This document shows, one piece after another, positions 50,554 to 61,011 of a DNA stretch of 64,000 nt. The position numbers and the translations under genes were made by a program. The stretch lies in NCBI GenBank assembly GCA_963843285.1, contig CAWJJO010000012.1, forward strand, positions 60,864-124,863. The letters are read 5' to 3'. Position 1 is the stretch's first letter, and the number at the start of each line of letters is the position of its first letter. Source of the stretch: an uncultured bacterium. GTDB taxonomy: Bacteria > Acidobacteriota > HRBIN11 > JAKEFK01. The notes under the pieces are model-generated. The model saw nothing but the letters and a program-made list of their open reading frames with translations, had not been told where the DNA came from and ran no database searches.

Positions 50554-51870
50554 CTACTTATGTTGCACCGGCTTTTGCCGTTGCAAGCGTTCCCGGACCA
50601 GGTTGATGTGTTGTCGCAGCAGGTAAATGAGCTGCGCGAACATATTCGGTACCCGCATGTGGATGGCGCGAGCTTCGAGACGGTCCAGGCGAACGAGCAA
50701 CTCGGCCGGCTCCATCGCAGGATCGGCCTCCAACTCCAGCTCGATCGACTTCACCTCACCGTACAACCTGAAGACGCGTCGCCGCATGCCCCAACCGTAT
50801 ACCCCCGGCAGGAACCTAAGCAGTGGATACGCAACACCGACCAGCGGGATCAATAGTACCAGCAGTCTTCCTGTTATCGCCGCCAGTCGAAATGGAAGGT
50901 AGCGCTGCAGGAATGGAAGCCCTGACCTGTAGAACTGTTTCGCTTCCCTCGACAGCGGAAGGTCCATTATTTCGGAAGCCGGGAACTGGCCGGCTTTTTG
51001 GAATACACCTGGACCCGAATGAACCTGAGTTGCTGTATCCAGGAGCAGATCCTGGATGGAAGCGTTCAGGTCGCGACGGACAATCAGGCTCGCCTTGAGC
51101 GCAAGCAGGTTCGTATCTACCGGTGGGCGGTTGTCGACCAGGTTTCCCGTGCCGGCCGGCAGCACCAGCTTGTTCAAGATTGGATAGAGCGCGACATATG
51201 CGTCGGCACGGGGGAAGGTTGCCAGTTCGATATGCGGATCCGCAAGCAGCTTGCGTATGATGGGGGTATCCCACGAGGTCACGATAACCGCCGCGCTGAT
51301 CTCACCTCGCTGCAGCCGTTCTCCTGACTCGGCCATCGGTAGCGCAAGCAGCTGGACGAGTTCTGGATCAAGACCGTTGAGCGAAAATAGCTTCATGGCT
51401 GCCTCACGGGAGCCGCTGCCTTCCGTGCCGATGGAAATCTTCCTGCCGCGCAATCCCTCAAGGCGCGGACCCAGATCGACGCCCTGGTAAAAGAACCATA
51501 TCGGCTCGTAGAACACAGCGCCAAGCGACACCAGATCAGGTGAGAGCTTCTCACTGGTAAGTCCACTTTGTATGAATCCGACGCTCACGCCGGAGTTTGG
51601 ATTATTCAAACGTCTCAGGTTTTCAGCTGATCCGGCGGAGGGCATCAGCCGCAGCTCCAGGCCTTCTCTCGCGAAAATCGCCTGGTATTGTCGCCCAAAC
51701 TCATCAAAGCCACCACCCACTCCGCCGGTGGTCATCGTTACGACCCTTGGAAACGACGGCCCCAGATATGAGATCATTAACAGAACAGCGATCGCAATGA
51801 CAAATCCTGGGGTCAAGAAATACCACAGTACGCGTCGCTTCTTCCCAGATCCCTTGCTCGAAGTCGGCAT
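50554..51870 (-). CDS. TAXI-family (TRAP-type) solute-binding protein homologue with N- and C-terminal TM segments
   Basis: 438 aa. N-terminal anchor, then TMTTGGVGGGFDEFGRQYQAIF...MPSAGSAENLRRL...VGFIQSG (TAXI pattern). The C-terminus has a TM helix and a helical tail. No adjacent DctQM permease. Confidence 0.55.
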   Translation of the reverse strand: MPTSSKGSGKKRRVLWYFLTPGFVIAIAVLLMISYLGPSFPRVVTMTTGGVGGGFDEFGRQYQAIFAREGLELRLMPSAGSAENLRRLNNPNSGVSVGFIQSGLTSEKLSPDLVSLGAVFYEPIWFFYQGVDLGPRLEGLRGRKISIGTEGSGSREAAMKLFSLNGLDPELVQLLALPMAESGERLQRGEISAAVIVTSWDTPIIRKLLADPHIELATFPRADAYVALYPILNKLVLPAGTGNLVDNRPPVDTNLLALKASLIVRRDLNASIQDLLLDTATQVHSGPGVFQKAGQFPASEIMDLPLSREAKQFYRSGLPFLQRYLPFRLAAITGRLLVLLIPLVGVAYPLLRFLPGVYGWGMRRRVFRLYGEVKSIELELEADPAMEPAELLVRLDRLEARAIHMRVPNMFAQLIYLLRQHINLVRERLQRQKPVQHK

Positions 51871-52068
51871 GGCGCCTCACTCTACTGAGGATAGTAGGTT
51901 ACACTTGTGAGCGAACGTTAAGCTTGAAGGCAAAAATATCTTACCATGTGTCCGAGCTACTGATGAATGGCCATCAACCGGTATGCAGTGGCACGAGAGT
52001 TGCACTCAAATTCATAGGGTTGGTTTCTGAAACTTACAGTGGTTCTGGTGAAATAAAGTAGGGGGCTT

Positions 52069-55000
52069 ATGAAACAAAACGCGAATCCAGATTACGATTC
52101 GGTTCAATTCAGCCGCACTCAAGGAATTTTTTCTGCCACGGCCCTGGGCGGGAGCATAGTCATTGGGGTCGGCTTTTTCGTTGCCGGTGCTGAACTTTTG
52201 CGGCAATCCGGTTCGGACGCGCCTCTGGTCTTCTTTGTTACAGCTCTACTGTTTCTGCCGCTCATCTTGAGCTGCGTTCAGCGAAGTTCCGGAGCTATCT
52301 CTCAAGCAGGATTTTACCGCGCGGCAAAATCTTCCGGATCCGCGCCACGACTGTTTTTTACCGTCTGGCTGATGCTTGGAGGTTACCTGGCACTGGGTGC
52401 CTTGCTGGCCTATGGCGCTGCAGTCCGAGTTAACTTCGGACTGGAACGAATCTTCGGTCTAAAAGTTGGAATGGAGCTTGTTACATTCCTCATTGTCGCT
52501 GCTGCTTTCGTAAGAGAGGTCCTGGTAGTAGGCGAAAACTGGCGAAGTAGAACTTTGATCTTTTGGACCTGTTCGGCTTTTCTCTTTGTACTGATCATTT
52601 GGGTGACTATTACTGAGCGTCGAACCATGGCTTCCGTCCCCAGAGTGGAACCCCTGCAACATTGGCTGATCGCGGTTTCGATGCTGGCTTCCACTCTTTG
52701 GAGCATCGATATTGTGCTCAATTATCGCGGACAGTTTCGGCGTCCGAATCACACGACCGCCTGGAGTTTGATTGTCATGTTCTGCGGCGGCAATCTGCTG
52801 GGCGCGCTCATTTCCATGGCAGTCTTACACCATCCTTCCATCCGGATGCAAAACTGGCTGGATGCGCTCACATGGAATCAGAACCGGTTGCAGATACTGG
52901 TTCTGATTGCCGGATTTCTGATCTGCCTTGCCGGTCTCTTTCGTGTGATGACGCGAATCACGCGACTTCTTGGCAATATGATTATCGATCGAGCGTTGCC
53001 ATCTTCGAATGAGAGTCGGGAAAGCGCAGGAACGATCCTTTTTTATTATTCGGCATTGCTTTGCGTGCTACTCGCTTACTGTGCAGTATCGCTTTCTGTA
53101 ACTTACTTAATGCTTGTCTCCGGTTTCATTGCTTTGTTTTCCCTGGTCCTATATCTGTCTGCTTTGCTGAAAAAAGATGTGTCGCGTGTAGCGCAATTCT
53201 TGCTTCCGTTACACCCTTTGATTCCCGTGCTATCGATCCTATTGTCGATTTTCCTGATGTGGATTCTGCCCTTGCAAAACCTGTATTTTGCCGGGCTCTG
53301 GTTGATCGCAGGAGTAGTTTTCTATTTCCTGGGCGCGCGGAAGAGAATGCTGCCCGCAATGCAGATGGAACATGTTCTTACTGCGGAAGAAGCCAAACCA
53401 TCCACTGCGGGATACCGCGTACTGGCATGTTTGACTGGTGAACGGATGAACGAGAATCTCGTGCGAATCGGATCATCGCTGGCCGGCGCGAGAAACGGCC
53501 AGATTCTGGTTTTGCGAATCCTGGAGACATCGGAGTCGTTGCCCGGGGATTTTCAACGGAGACGCGGAGAAAGCGAATGGAATCGTATCCGCGACGAATT
53601 GCAGAATCTTCAATTACCCGGACCGGCCCCGGTTGCGGTTGTCCGGATGGCTCCAAATCTAATCTCCGGAATCAAAGCAACATCCCGAGAATTTGCCGCC
53701 GACTTCATCCTGGTGGAATGGCCCGATGAACCCGTTGAGCGATTGCGAAAGAATCAATTGCAGAGTCTGCTGCAATTGACTTCCAGACCATTGGGAATTC
53801 TCAAAGGTAAAGTCAGTGAAAAGCCACATCGAATTTCTGTCGGATGCGGTAGCAGCACTCACGCAATCCTGGCTTTACAGGCCGGAGAAGCCATCGCATC
53901 TCTGAATGAATCAGCAATGGAAGCCGTGAAAGTCTTCAGAAAATCAGAATCGGATAACGCCGGCCAGGTTGTGGCGCAAACCGTCATTCATCAATCGGGA
54001 ATCCAAATGCCCGTAGAAATCGTTCTTCGCGAAGACAGCGATGTTGAGAAAGGAATCCTGAAACTTGCAGAGGGCAGTGATCTTCTTTTGTTAGGAGCGT
54101 CGGATGATCCTCTCTCCGGACGCCCCTTGCCGGATGGCCTGGCCATGGAGATTGCTCTACAAAGGGAACAAGCCACCCTCATCGTGAAGGGCAAAGAAGA
54201 GTCGAGCCGTTTCTTCCTGCGACGCCTGCTGGCGGAGCTCACAAACCGCGTTACGGCTCTAACTTCCAAAGAAAGATCAGAGCTGTTGGGACAATTGAAA
54301 GTGGGGCTGCAGGCTCGCGCTGATTTTTATCTCATGGTCGCGCTGGCAGCAGCGATCGCAATCACGGGTCTGATCATGAATGACGGCAGCATTGTTTTGG
54401 GAGCGATGCTGGTTTCGCCGTTAATGAGTCCCATCGTCGGAATCGCCTGCGGGATTGCTCTGGGGAATCTCGATTTGATGCGGCGCTCCGGCGCTTCCAC
54501 CTTCAAAGGCATGTCTCTGGTTCTGGGAGTAGGAGTAGTGCTGACGTTTCTCCTGCCATCGGCAGAACCGACAGACCAGATTCTTTCCAGAACTCACCCG
54601 GGGATTTTTGATCTGCTGGCGGCTCTCGCGGCCGGAGCCGCCGGAGCATATTCCCTGGGACGGAAATCGGTCGCTGGCGCGCTTCCAGGAGTTGCTATGT
54701 CGCTTTCTCTGGAACCGCCTCTGGCTACCGCGGGCTACGGTCTCAGTACTTCTCAGTTCTGGATTGCGGGTGGGGCTTTTCTGCTCTTCTTAACGAACCT
54801 TGCTGCGATCGTGCTTTCAGGAGTCGGCGTTTTTCTTCTGCTCGGAATGCGCCCGCCAAGGAAAGAAGGCCTCTATGTTGTGGGAAAGGCGGTTGCTTCC
54901 GTGATCCTCGTAACTCTCGTTCTTATCATTCCTCTGGGACTTGGCACCTACGGTTCTGTGCAAAGGGGCCGTTTGAAGTTCCAGGTCGAATCACAGTTTC

Positions 55001-55221
55001 GGAACGAGGCCTTGCAAGAGCGATTTGAATTGCTGGATCTGAAAATCTCAGAACTGGAGAACGGGTTTTTGATCCATCCGACAGTGCTCGCAGCCGAAGA
55101 AGTCACTCCGGAAAAAATCGAAAAATTCCGGAAGGTGCTCGAGCGCAAAGTGGGATTGCCGATCCAAATTGAAGCGACAATCCTTCAAACCAAGAAAATT
55201 GAATCACCAACTCCAAAATAG
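52069..55221 (+). CDS. Fusion protein: APC-superfamily-like permease, tandem Usp-like domains and a DUF389 membrane domain
   Basis: 1050 aa. Residues 1-~440 contain ~12 TM helices. The ~450-720 region is soluble with two Usp-like alpha/beta units (YRVLACLTGE...; HRISVGCGSS...GSDLLLLGAS). The C-terminus has LMVALAAAIAITGLIMNDGSIVLGAMLVSPLMSPIVGIACGIALGNLDLMRRS, a close match to the DUF389 core. Confidence 0.6.
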   Translation: MKQNANPDYDSVQFSRTQGIFSATALGGSIVIGVGFFVAGAELLRQSGSDAPLVFFVTALLFLPLILSCVQRSSGAISQAGFYRAAKSSGSAPRLFFTVWLMLGGYLALGALLAYGAAVRVNFGLERIFGLKVGMELVTFLIVAAAFVREVLVVGENWRSRTLIFWTCSAFLFVLIIWVTITERRTMASVPRVEPLQHWLIAVSMLASTLWSIDIVLNYRGQFRRPNHTTAWSLIVMFCGGNLLGALISMAVLHHPSIRMQNWLDALTWNQNRLQILVLIAGFLICLAGLFRVMTRITRLLGNMIIDRALPSSNESRESAGTILFYYSALLCVLLAYCAVSLSVTYLMLVSGFIALFSLVLYLSALLKKDVSRVAQFLLPLHPLIPVLSILLSIFLMWILPLQNLYFAGLWLIAGVVFYFLGARKRMLPAMQMEHVLTAEEAKPSTAGYRVLACLTGERMNENLVRIGSSLAGARNGQILVLRILETSESLPGDFQRRRGESEWNRIRDELQNLQLPGPAPVAVVRMAPNLISGIKATSREFAADFILVEWPDEPVERLRKNQLQSLLQLTSRPLGILKGKVSEKPHRISVGCGSSTHAILALQAGEAIASLNESAMEAVKVFRKSESDNAGQVVAQTVIHQSGIQMPVEIVLREDSDVEKGILKLAEGSDLLLLGASDDPLSGRPLPDGLAMEIALQREQATLIVKGKEESSRFFLRRLLAELTNRVTALTSKERSELLGQLKVGLQARADFYLMVALAAAIAITGLIMNDGSIVLGAMLVSPLMSPIVGIACGIALGNLDLMRRSGASTFKGMSLVLGVGVVLTFLLPSAEPTDQILSRTHPGIFDLLAALAAGAAGAYSLGRKSVAGALPGVAMSLSLEPPLATAGYGLSTSQFWIAGGAFLLFLTNLAAIVLSGVGVFLLLGMRPPRKEGLYVVGKAVASVILVTLVLIIPLGLGTYGSVQRGRLKFQVESQFRNEALQERFELLDLKISELENGFLIHPTVLAAEEVTPEKIEKFRKVLERKVGLPIQIEATILQTKKIESPTPK

Positions 55222-55228
55222 TATTGAC

Positions 55229-55888
55229 ATGACTCAAGAAAAACAGCTAAAACAAATATTCCTGAACAACAAGAAATGGGTTGCTAAGAAATTATCGGAC
55301 GATCCCGAGTATTTCAAGAAATTGGCCAAAGGCCAGAAACCGGAGTTTTTGTACATCGGCTGCTCCGACAGCAGAGTTACAGCGGAAGAGCTGATGGGGC
55401 TGCAGCCGGGGGAGATTTTCGTCCACCGCAATATCGCCAATCTTGTGGTCAGCACCGACAGCAATCTCAATGCGGTTGTGCAATATGCTGTCGAACACCT
55501 GAAGGTGAAACACATTATCGTGTGCGGACATTATGAGTGTGGTGGAGTAAAAGCAGCGATGCATCCAAGCGACATGGGACAATTGAACAGCTGGTTACAA
55601 ACGTTGCGGGATGTATTCCGGTTTCACCAATCAGAACTGAACCGCATCCACTCGGATCGGAAAAGATTCGATAGACTCGTGGAATTGAATGTCAGAGAAC
55701 AGTGCATCAATATCATCAAGATTGATCACTTTCAACGATCCTGGTACAAGACCGGATTTCCGAAGCTTCACGGCTGGGTATTTGATGTTCGTACCGGCGC
55801 ATTGAAAGATCTGGAACTGAAAATGAAAGAGGTGTTGGGTGACCTCCGGTCGATTTATGATCTGAAACCACTGGAAGCACACGAATAG
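55229..55888 (+). CDS. can: Beta-class carbonic anhydrase
   Basis: Track ORF 55169..55888; the in-frame ATG at 55229 gives MTQEKQLKQIFLNNKKW. Zinc ligands are in CSDSRV and HYECGG. FVHRNIAN is also present. Confidence 0.9.
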   Translation: MTQEKQLKQIFLNNKKWVAKKLSDDPEYFKKLAKGQKPEFLYIGCSDSRVTAEELMGLQPGEIFVHRNIANLVVSTDSNLNAVVQYAVEHLKVKHIIVCGHYECGGVKAAMHPSDMGQLNSWLQTLRDVFRFHQSELNRIHSDRKRFDRLVELNVREQCINIIKIDHFQRSWYKTGFPKLHGWVFDVRTGALKDLELKMKEVLGDLRSIYDLKPLEAHE

Positions 55889-55945
55889 ATCGCACTGCAC
55901 TTCGTATAGAATAAAGAAAATTACTGGACTAATTCACAAGGAGGA

Positions 55946-56692
55946 ATGAGCATGATAAAGCATAGTAAGAAATCTATTTTCAATATCCCCCGGATACCGG
56001 TGTACGCAGTGGTATTCGTCTCTCTTTTATTTGTCGTCATCAGTGGCGGAGGGACATCGATTGTGACGGCACAACAAACTGTCCCCATTCCACAGCCTAC
56101 GGTCCCCGAGTATTTCACGCTCCAGGGCCAGTTCATTCGAATCGCTTACAACAACGAAGGTTTTGTCACTCTTGGTTATCGCTATACAAATTCGGAGGTT
56201 GGCAAGGAATGGGGTTTGCTCGACGTCGGAATTACGATGCGGAAAGGTGTGAAGGACTATACATTGAAACGCGAGGCTTTAACACTCCGAACACCGGATG
56301 GAAAAACCATCCCGCTGGCTACCCAGAAAGAGTTTGCAGAGGCTGGACACCTGAGAAACCTGAATATGAGGGCAAACAAGATACGGGATTCCATCGATTA
56401 CTTTCCGATGGATGCGGATTCCCCATGTGCACTCCGTTTTTTTTCAGTTCCTGGAACGGGGGCGGCACTCGCATTCGACCAGGTTGAGTTGAGCTATAAT
56501 CGTGCCTGCGTCGGCCGCATCTACTTCCACATTCCGGGAGGTATCCAGGTCGGCCAGCATTGGCTCGACGTCCAGTTTGCCGAAAGCATGGTACAGGTTC
56601 CGTTCCGTGTCTTGACAGAAGCAGAGGAAAAGGAGTTCCGCAAAAAGTGGGAGGACATCAAGAAACAGCACGAAGAATCAATGAAACAATAA
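55946..56692 (+). CDS. Secreted/anchored hypothetical protein
   Basis: 248 aa with N-terminal TM/signal (VYAVVFVSLLFVVISGG); no family recognised. SD AAGGAGG upstream. Confidence 0.5.
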   Translation: MSMIKHSKKSIFNIPRIPVYAVVFVSLLFVVISGGGTSIVTAQQTVPIPQPTVPEYFTLQGQFIRIAYNNEGFVTLGYRYTNSEVGKEWGLLDVGITMRKGVKDYTLKREALTLRTPDGKTIPLATQKEFAEAGHLRNLNMRANKIRDSIDYFPMDADSPCALRFFSVPGTGAALAFDQVELSYNRACVGRIYFHIPGGIQVGQHWLDVQFAESMVQVPFRVLTEAEEKEFRKKWEDIKKQHEESMKQ

Positions 56693-56694
56693 CA

Positions 56695-57972
56695 ATGAAA
56701 ACTTCCCGAATTGCAGCGATCACTTTTTTCTTCATTACGTTTGGCCTGAGCAGCGCCGCAAATTTTGAAACTCCGGGAAATTCAAAGGCCGGCCAGATCC
56801 TGCCGGCCGAATGGATTCGAGGAAACAATTACGAAGTTGGAGACCGGGTGCCGAGCGATGGATACAGTTTCACATTCACAATCACCTCGCCGTTCGGCAC
56901 GTTTTCCGCGGAGGGAGAATCGCAGCTCGCGATCCGGTTGCAGGAAATTGCCGCTATCACCGAATTGAAGAAGGTTACCAGTAGCGAAGCTTTCGCGAAA
57001 GCCGCCGGCGGCGCCGTACTGAAGCCGATCCAATCGACTGCGAATTTCGTGCAAAACCCGGAAGAAACGGTGAAAGGCATCCCGGGCGGCGTGAAACGGA
57101 AGTTTGAGAATATCGGCCGTCTGGCAAAACGCGGCGCGAAGAAAGTTACTGAAGACGAGGAAATCGATCCTTCGGAGGAACAATCCGGTGAAAGCCAAAG
57201 TCAAGAAAGTACAACCGCGGTAGTAACAAAGAGCGTTTTGGGAGTGACCGCGGCTTACAGGAAATGGGCCGAGAAGGTGGGCGCGGATCCGTATTCCACA
57301 AATCCAGTTCTACAGCAAGAACTGGACCGTCTCGCAAAATACGATGCAGCCGGCAGACTCAGCTCCAATGCCGTGCGCCCCAAAATCCAGGGAGTCGAAA
57401 CTGTTGCGCGGGTCAACAATCTTGTATGGAGTAAGGATCCGTATGAGCTTCAAAAATTGAATGAACAGCAATTGAAAGAAATGGGAATTGATCCGGAACT
57501 GGCCGCAAAATTTCTAAGTCATAAGTCGTATACTGTGACGTATCAAACGCAGGTAATTTCTTCTTTGTCGTCCCTTGGCAAAGTGCCGGGTCAGGCGAAT
57601 TTTCTGCGCGCCGCCTTAAGGGCGAAAGAGTCGAATGATGCCCTGTTTTATTGTGCAAGCGCTGCAATTCTGGAAAAAATCCACCGATCGGGAATGCCAA
57701 TTTCCAGCTTCCTCTCGCATCCGCGTATTGCGCTTGCAAACTCCGGAAAGAAATTGATTGTCGTTTTACCGGCGGATCGATTGTTCTGGACCGCCTCATT
57801 TGCATCCGCTGTGGAAAAGTTTAGCAGTCAATATCAAACCGATCTGAAAAATTCTTCTGAAAAACATCTCTTGCTTTCGGGCGAGGCAACCGTGCAAGCG
57901 AAAACCGATTTGAAAAAACTCGGCTGGATCGTTCACGAAAATGCACTCTCCCCCTTCAGTAAGGGAAAATAG
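56695..57972 (+). CDS. Secreted hypothetical protein
   Basis: Track ORF 56560..57972; the in-frame ATG at 56695 gives the signal peptide MKTSRIAAITFFFITFGLSSAANF, 2 nt after the upstream stop. It has an acidic linker (EDEEIDPSEEQSGESQSQES). Confidence 0.5.
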   Translation: MKTSRIAAITFFFITFGLSSAANFETPGNSKAGQILPAEWIRGNNYEVGDRVPSDGYSFTFTITSPFGTFSAEGESQLAIRLQEIAAITELKKVTSSEAFAKAAGGAVLKPIQSTANFVQNPEETVKGIPGGVKRKFENIGRLAKRGAKKVTEDEEIDPSEEQSGESQSQESTTAVVTKSVLGVTAAYRKWAEKVGADPYSTNPVLQQELDRLAKYDAAGRLSSNAVRPKIQGVETVARVNNLVWSKDPYELQKLNEQQLKEMGIDPELAAKFLSHKSYTVTYQTQVISSLSSLGKVPGQANFLRAALRAKESNDALFYCASAAILEKIHRSGMPISSFLSHPRIALANSGKKLIVVLPADRLFWTASFASAVEKFSSQYQTDLKNSSEKHLLLSGEATVQAKTDLKKLGWIVHENALSPFSKGK

Positions 57973-59098
57973 CTAAAAACTCCAACCCACAGTAGACGAA
58001 ATGCTCAGGTTATTGTGGATTCCATTTAGCGGGGGCTGGCTGTCGTAATTATCAATAAAACTAATGTTCAGGTAAAGATCGCTTACCATGTCCCATTCCC
58101 AGTCGAAACTGCTGTCGACTCGAACCCGTCCGGGGTCAGAGAGACTGGGAAAGACGAACACACGGGCATTGAACGAGGATCCACGAAAGCTATAAGTGGA
58201 AAATCCGATCGACCCAAGAGCTTCTGCATTGTTCCGATCTGATTGTGCTTCATCAAAATAATTCTCATTTGTGTAAACGAGGCCAGCCATGGCATAGAAT
58301 CGGGTGCGGTTCGACTCAATTATGTTTCTGAGTACACCTCCGCCTGCCGTCGATCTTAATTGCAGTTCTTGCTGATTGTCATGAAGAAAGGAGGTTAGGA
58401 AAACGGCGTCCCACTTCTTCCTTAAGAACCGCTCTGCTGTGAACTGCAGCTCATGACGGGCTGTTTTTTCGGTGCCGGGTTCTCCGCTGAATTGAGAGGA
58501 AATATCGATAGTTCCGGTATATTTCGGCTTCCGAAAAGAGGCGGATAAATTGAAGTTGGTTTGAGTCCTTTCATTTGCCGACGTAAAACTGGCTCCCGCA
58601 TCGAGGGATAGATTGACACGCGATAGAATCGAGCGTCCCATTTCGTGAATCGATATAATCTCAACGATCTTCAATCGAACCATGGACCCGTTGTCCAATA
58701 GGATATTCAACTCCCCGGGCAGAATCTCCGTCTCCTGGTCTTTCGCAATCGCCCCGATATAAACCTCCTTGCTTTTGGTTTCAAACTCGTAACGGGCTAC
58801 GCTCTCGACCCCGAGTGACTCTTACCCAATCGAGCTTCAGTGTATCGGCGGCGCGATCCGATTTCAGATAAAGCATTCCGTATTCCATCTTCTTGATTTC
58901 ACCGGCATTGCGGTCGCCATTCTCCATTTCCACAACATCCGCTTTATGTTTCAGCTTGATCTTTTTAAGAGGTCCTTCCACCTCTCCGAGGGCCGCCCCG
59001 GGAAGGCAGAGTACGGCCGAGAGAAGTACAATTACGAAAAGGTTTGCGCGCTTGCCTGTTTGTGCGGGTTTTTCGCTATCTTCGGAAGTAGAGGACAT
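57973..59098 (-). CDS. DUF481-family outer-membrane beta-barrel protein (one frameshift in a C4 run)
   Basis: Track ORFs 58781..59143 and 57973..58710 differ by +1. The junction ...LKLDWVRV/ESVARYEFETKSKEV lies at the CCCC run 58809-58812. The C-terminal ...LSISSTVGWSF and repeated beta-strand pattern resemble DUF481 (YdiY-like). Probable start is the ATG at 59098. Confidence 0.6.
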
Positions 59099-59342
59099 AC
59101 CCGTCGGCTTGATAAAGCTCCCATCCTTGCGCGGCCTGCTCATTGATAATATTTTCGATTGCTTTCACCCGGCCTTGCTCCGCATCTGATTGCGTTCGCA
59201 GTTCCGTCATGCCGGTTACGGCGATGACATGATACTCGTAATGCCGCGCGCTTTCCACAGGATGGCCCAGACTGGCACCCAGCAGGAAAGCACAAATTAT
59301 AAGAACGAGAATTGTGAAACTCTTCCCGACGGCTAATCTCAT
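59076..59342 (-). CDS. DUF4177-like small secreted protein
   Basis: 88 aa with a signal peptide. YEYHVIAV...IINEQAAQGWELYQADGYVLYFRR fits the DUF4177 pattern (GWEL...). Confidence 0.5.
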   Translation of the reverse strand: MRLAVGKSFTILVLIICAFLLGASLGHPVESARHYEYHVIAVTGMTELRTQSDAEQGRVKAIENIINEQAAQGWELYQADGYVLYFRR

Positions 59343-59356
59343 AGGATATCTCCTTG

Positions 59357-61002
59357 CTATGTTCCTTCCTTCTCAGGGATTCGCTCAAAACCGATCAGTT
59401 TCCATCCATCGCCTGTGCGTAGGAAATAAGCATCCACAGGGGATTTCCACGTGAGATGTTCGGCCGAGTTGGCGCTGATCTCCACCTTTATATAGGCGCC
59501 TGTTTGTTGCGGCAATCCCGCGGGCGCCTGGAATTGCTCTCCTGAACCGGTTGTCCCTCCGAATCTGGTTGCCTGGCCACTGGAATTATCGTATTGATAC
59601 CATACGGCCTGATAGCTTTCAGGCTTGCGGGCGATGCCGGCGAGCCGCATTGCCGAACGTGAGAACTCCCCTGTCATTCAAGGATGGATCGACCACGGGG
59701 TTGACGGCAGAAAGATACTTGCGAAGAATCGCACTGCGTCGTTCAATTAAGAACCGCGTCAAGTCCTTCTTCGGATTTCGAATCATTCAATTGACCGCTT
59801 TTGATCGCAGCGCGGATCATGTCATCTGTAATCAACATCAGCTTGCGAGCCGCCCAGAATTTGTCGTCGTCACGGACATGGCGAAACGCGGCATTTGTAG
59901 CCCGGGGATACCAGTCATCCGGGTCCCATTCCTTGTAATTTTCGGGGAACCGGCCTACTGATGAGGATTTATAGAATGGATCGGTACGATACGGCTCCAC
60001 CAGAACACCAAATGAGATCAAGTCCTTTCCGATGTGCCCGCCCTCTTCCAGGATTTGTTCGTAGCCCTCCCAGTATTCGTGAGGATAAATACTTCCGCTT
60101 CCCAGAGTTGAGCTGAAATCAAGAAGATGGTGCCGCACAAAAGACTTCTCATTCTCCCGAATTAGAGTATCCATGGATTGCAATGCCTTGCAGTCTACGT
60201 GATTGATCCAGGCAGCAAAAACCTCATAACCGCGAAGCTCACGTCTGTGTTCGTGAGGGATTGTGTCGTTTGGATCATCGGGACGTGTGTTATAAAAGCG
60301 GAAGCCTCCCAACGGTTCTCCATCCAGCGCTTTGCTTGCCATCACGCGGTAGGAGCCATCCGGATTCCTGGCCGCCCGGCGCAGCATCTTATGGATGTCG
60401 CCTCTCTTCATTTTTCGTTTATTTCCGGCAGGCGTTTTAATCATCGCCGTTTCTGCAATCACAAGTTCTGCAGGGTTCATCGTTGCGATATGCGTTTCCG
60501 GCACATAATACCCAAGCGCCCAAAATAGTTTCGTCGCGATCAGTTCAGCGCCGGTCGCCATTCCCAAGTAGCCCGGAGGATCGGGCTTAATAAACCATTT
60601 GATGCCCGCGGAATCGGTAATCGTAAATCCCGGAGTGACTCCGTCGTTCTTGCTTGCGACGATCGTCCATTGTCCAGAAGCGGGGCCGTTGGTGGTGTCG
60701 GGCCCGGCTGCAACCTTATCAACGGTCAGATCTTTTCGATTTGTGTACCAACTCGAATCAGGCACTTCATCAATCGAATTGATGTTTTGCGCCCGGACAT
60801 TTAGTGTCTTATCGCCTGGTTTGGAAAACAAGTTCTCCGCCAGATCGTAGACCAGATCAATCTCTGTCGGCTTTACTCCGAATGCGTCTTGCGAATCGGA
60901 CGCCACCGAGACCGGGTCATCTGAATAGAATTTGGGTTCCTGTCCGGCAGAAATTCCTGCGATCAGAAATAACGGAATAAGAATCAGGAATCTTTTCAAC
61001 AT
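59357..61002 (-). CDS. Exported ~548-aa hypothetical protein with kinase-like catalytic-loop motifs (two frameshifts near the 3' end)
   Basis: Track ORFs 59743..61002 and 59357..59677, joined through a third frame (RFLIERRSAILRKYLSAVNPVVDPSLNDRGVLTFGNAA) with shifts near 59750 and 59645. Signal peptide MLKRFLILIPLFLIAGISAG. Contains AAWINHVDCKALQ and HHLLDFSSTLG. Confidence 0.55.
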
Positions 61003-61011
61003 AATTGCTCC

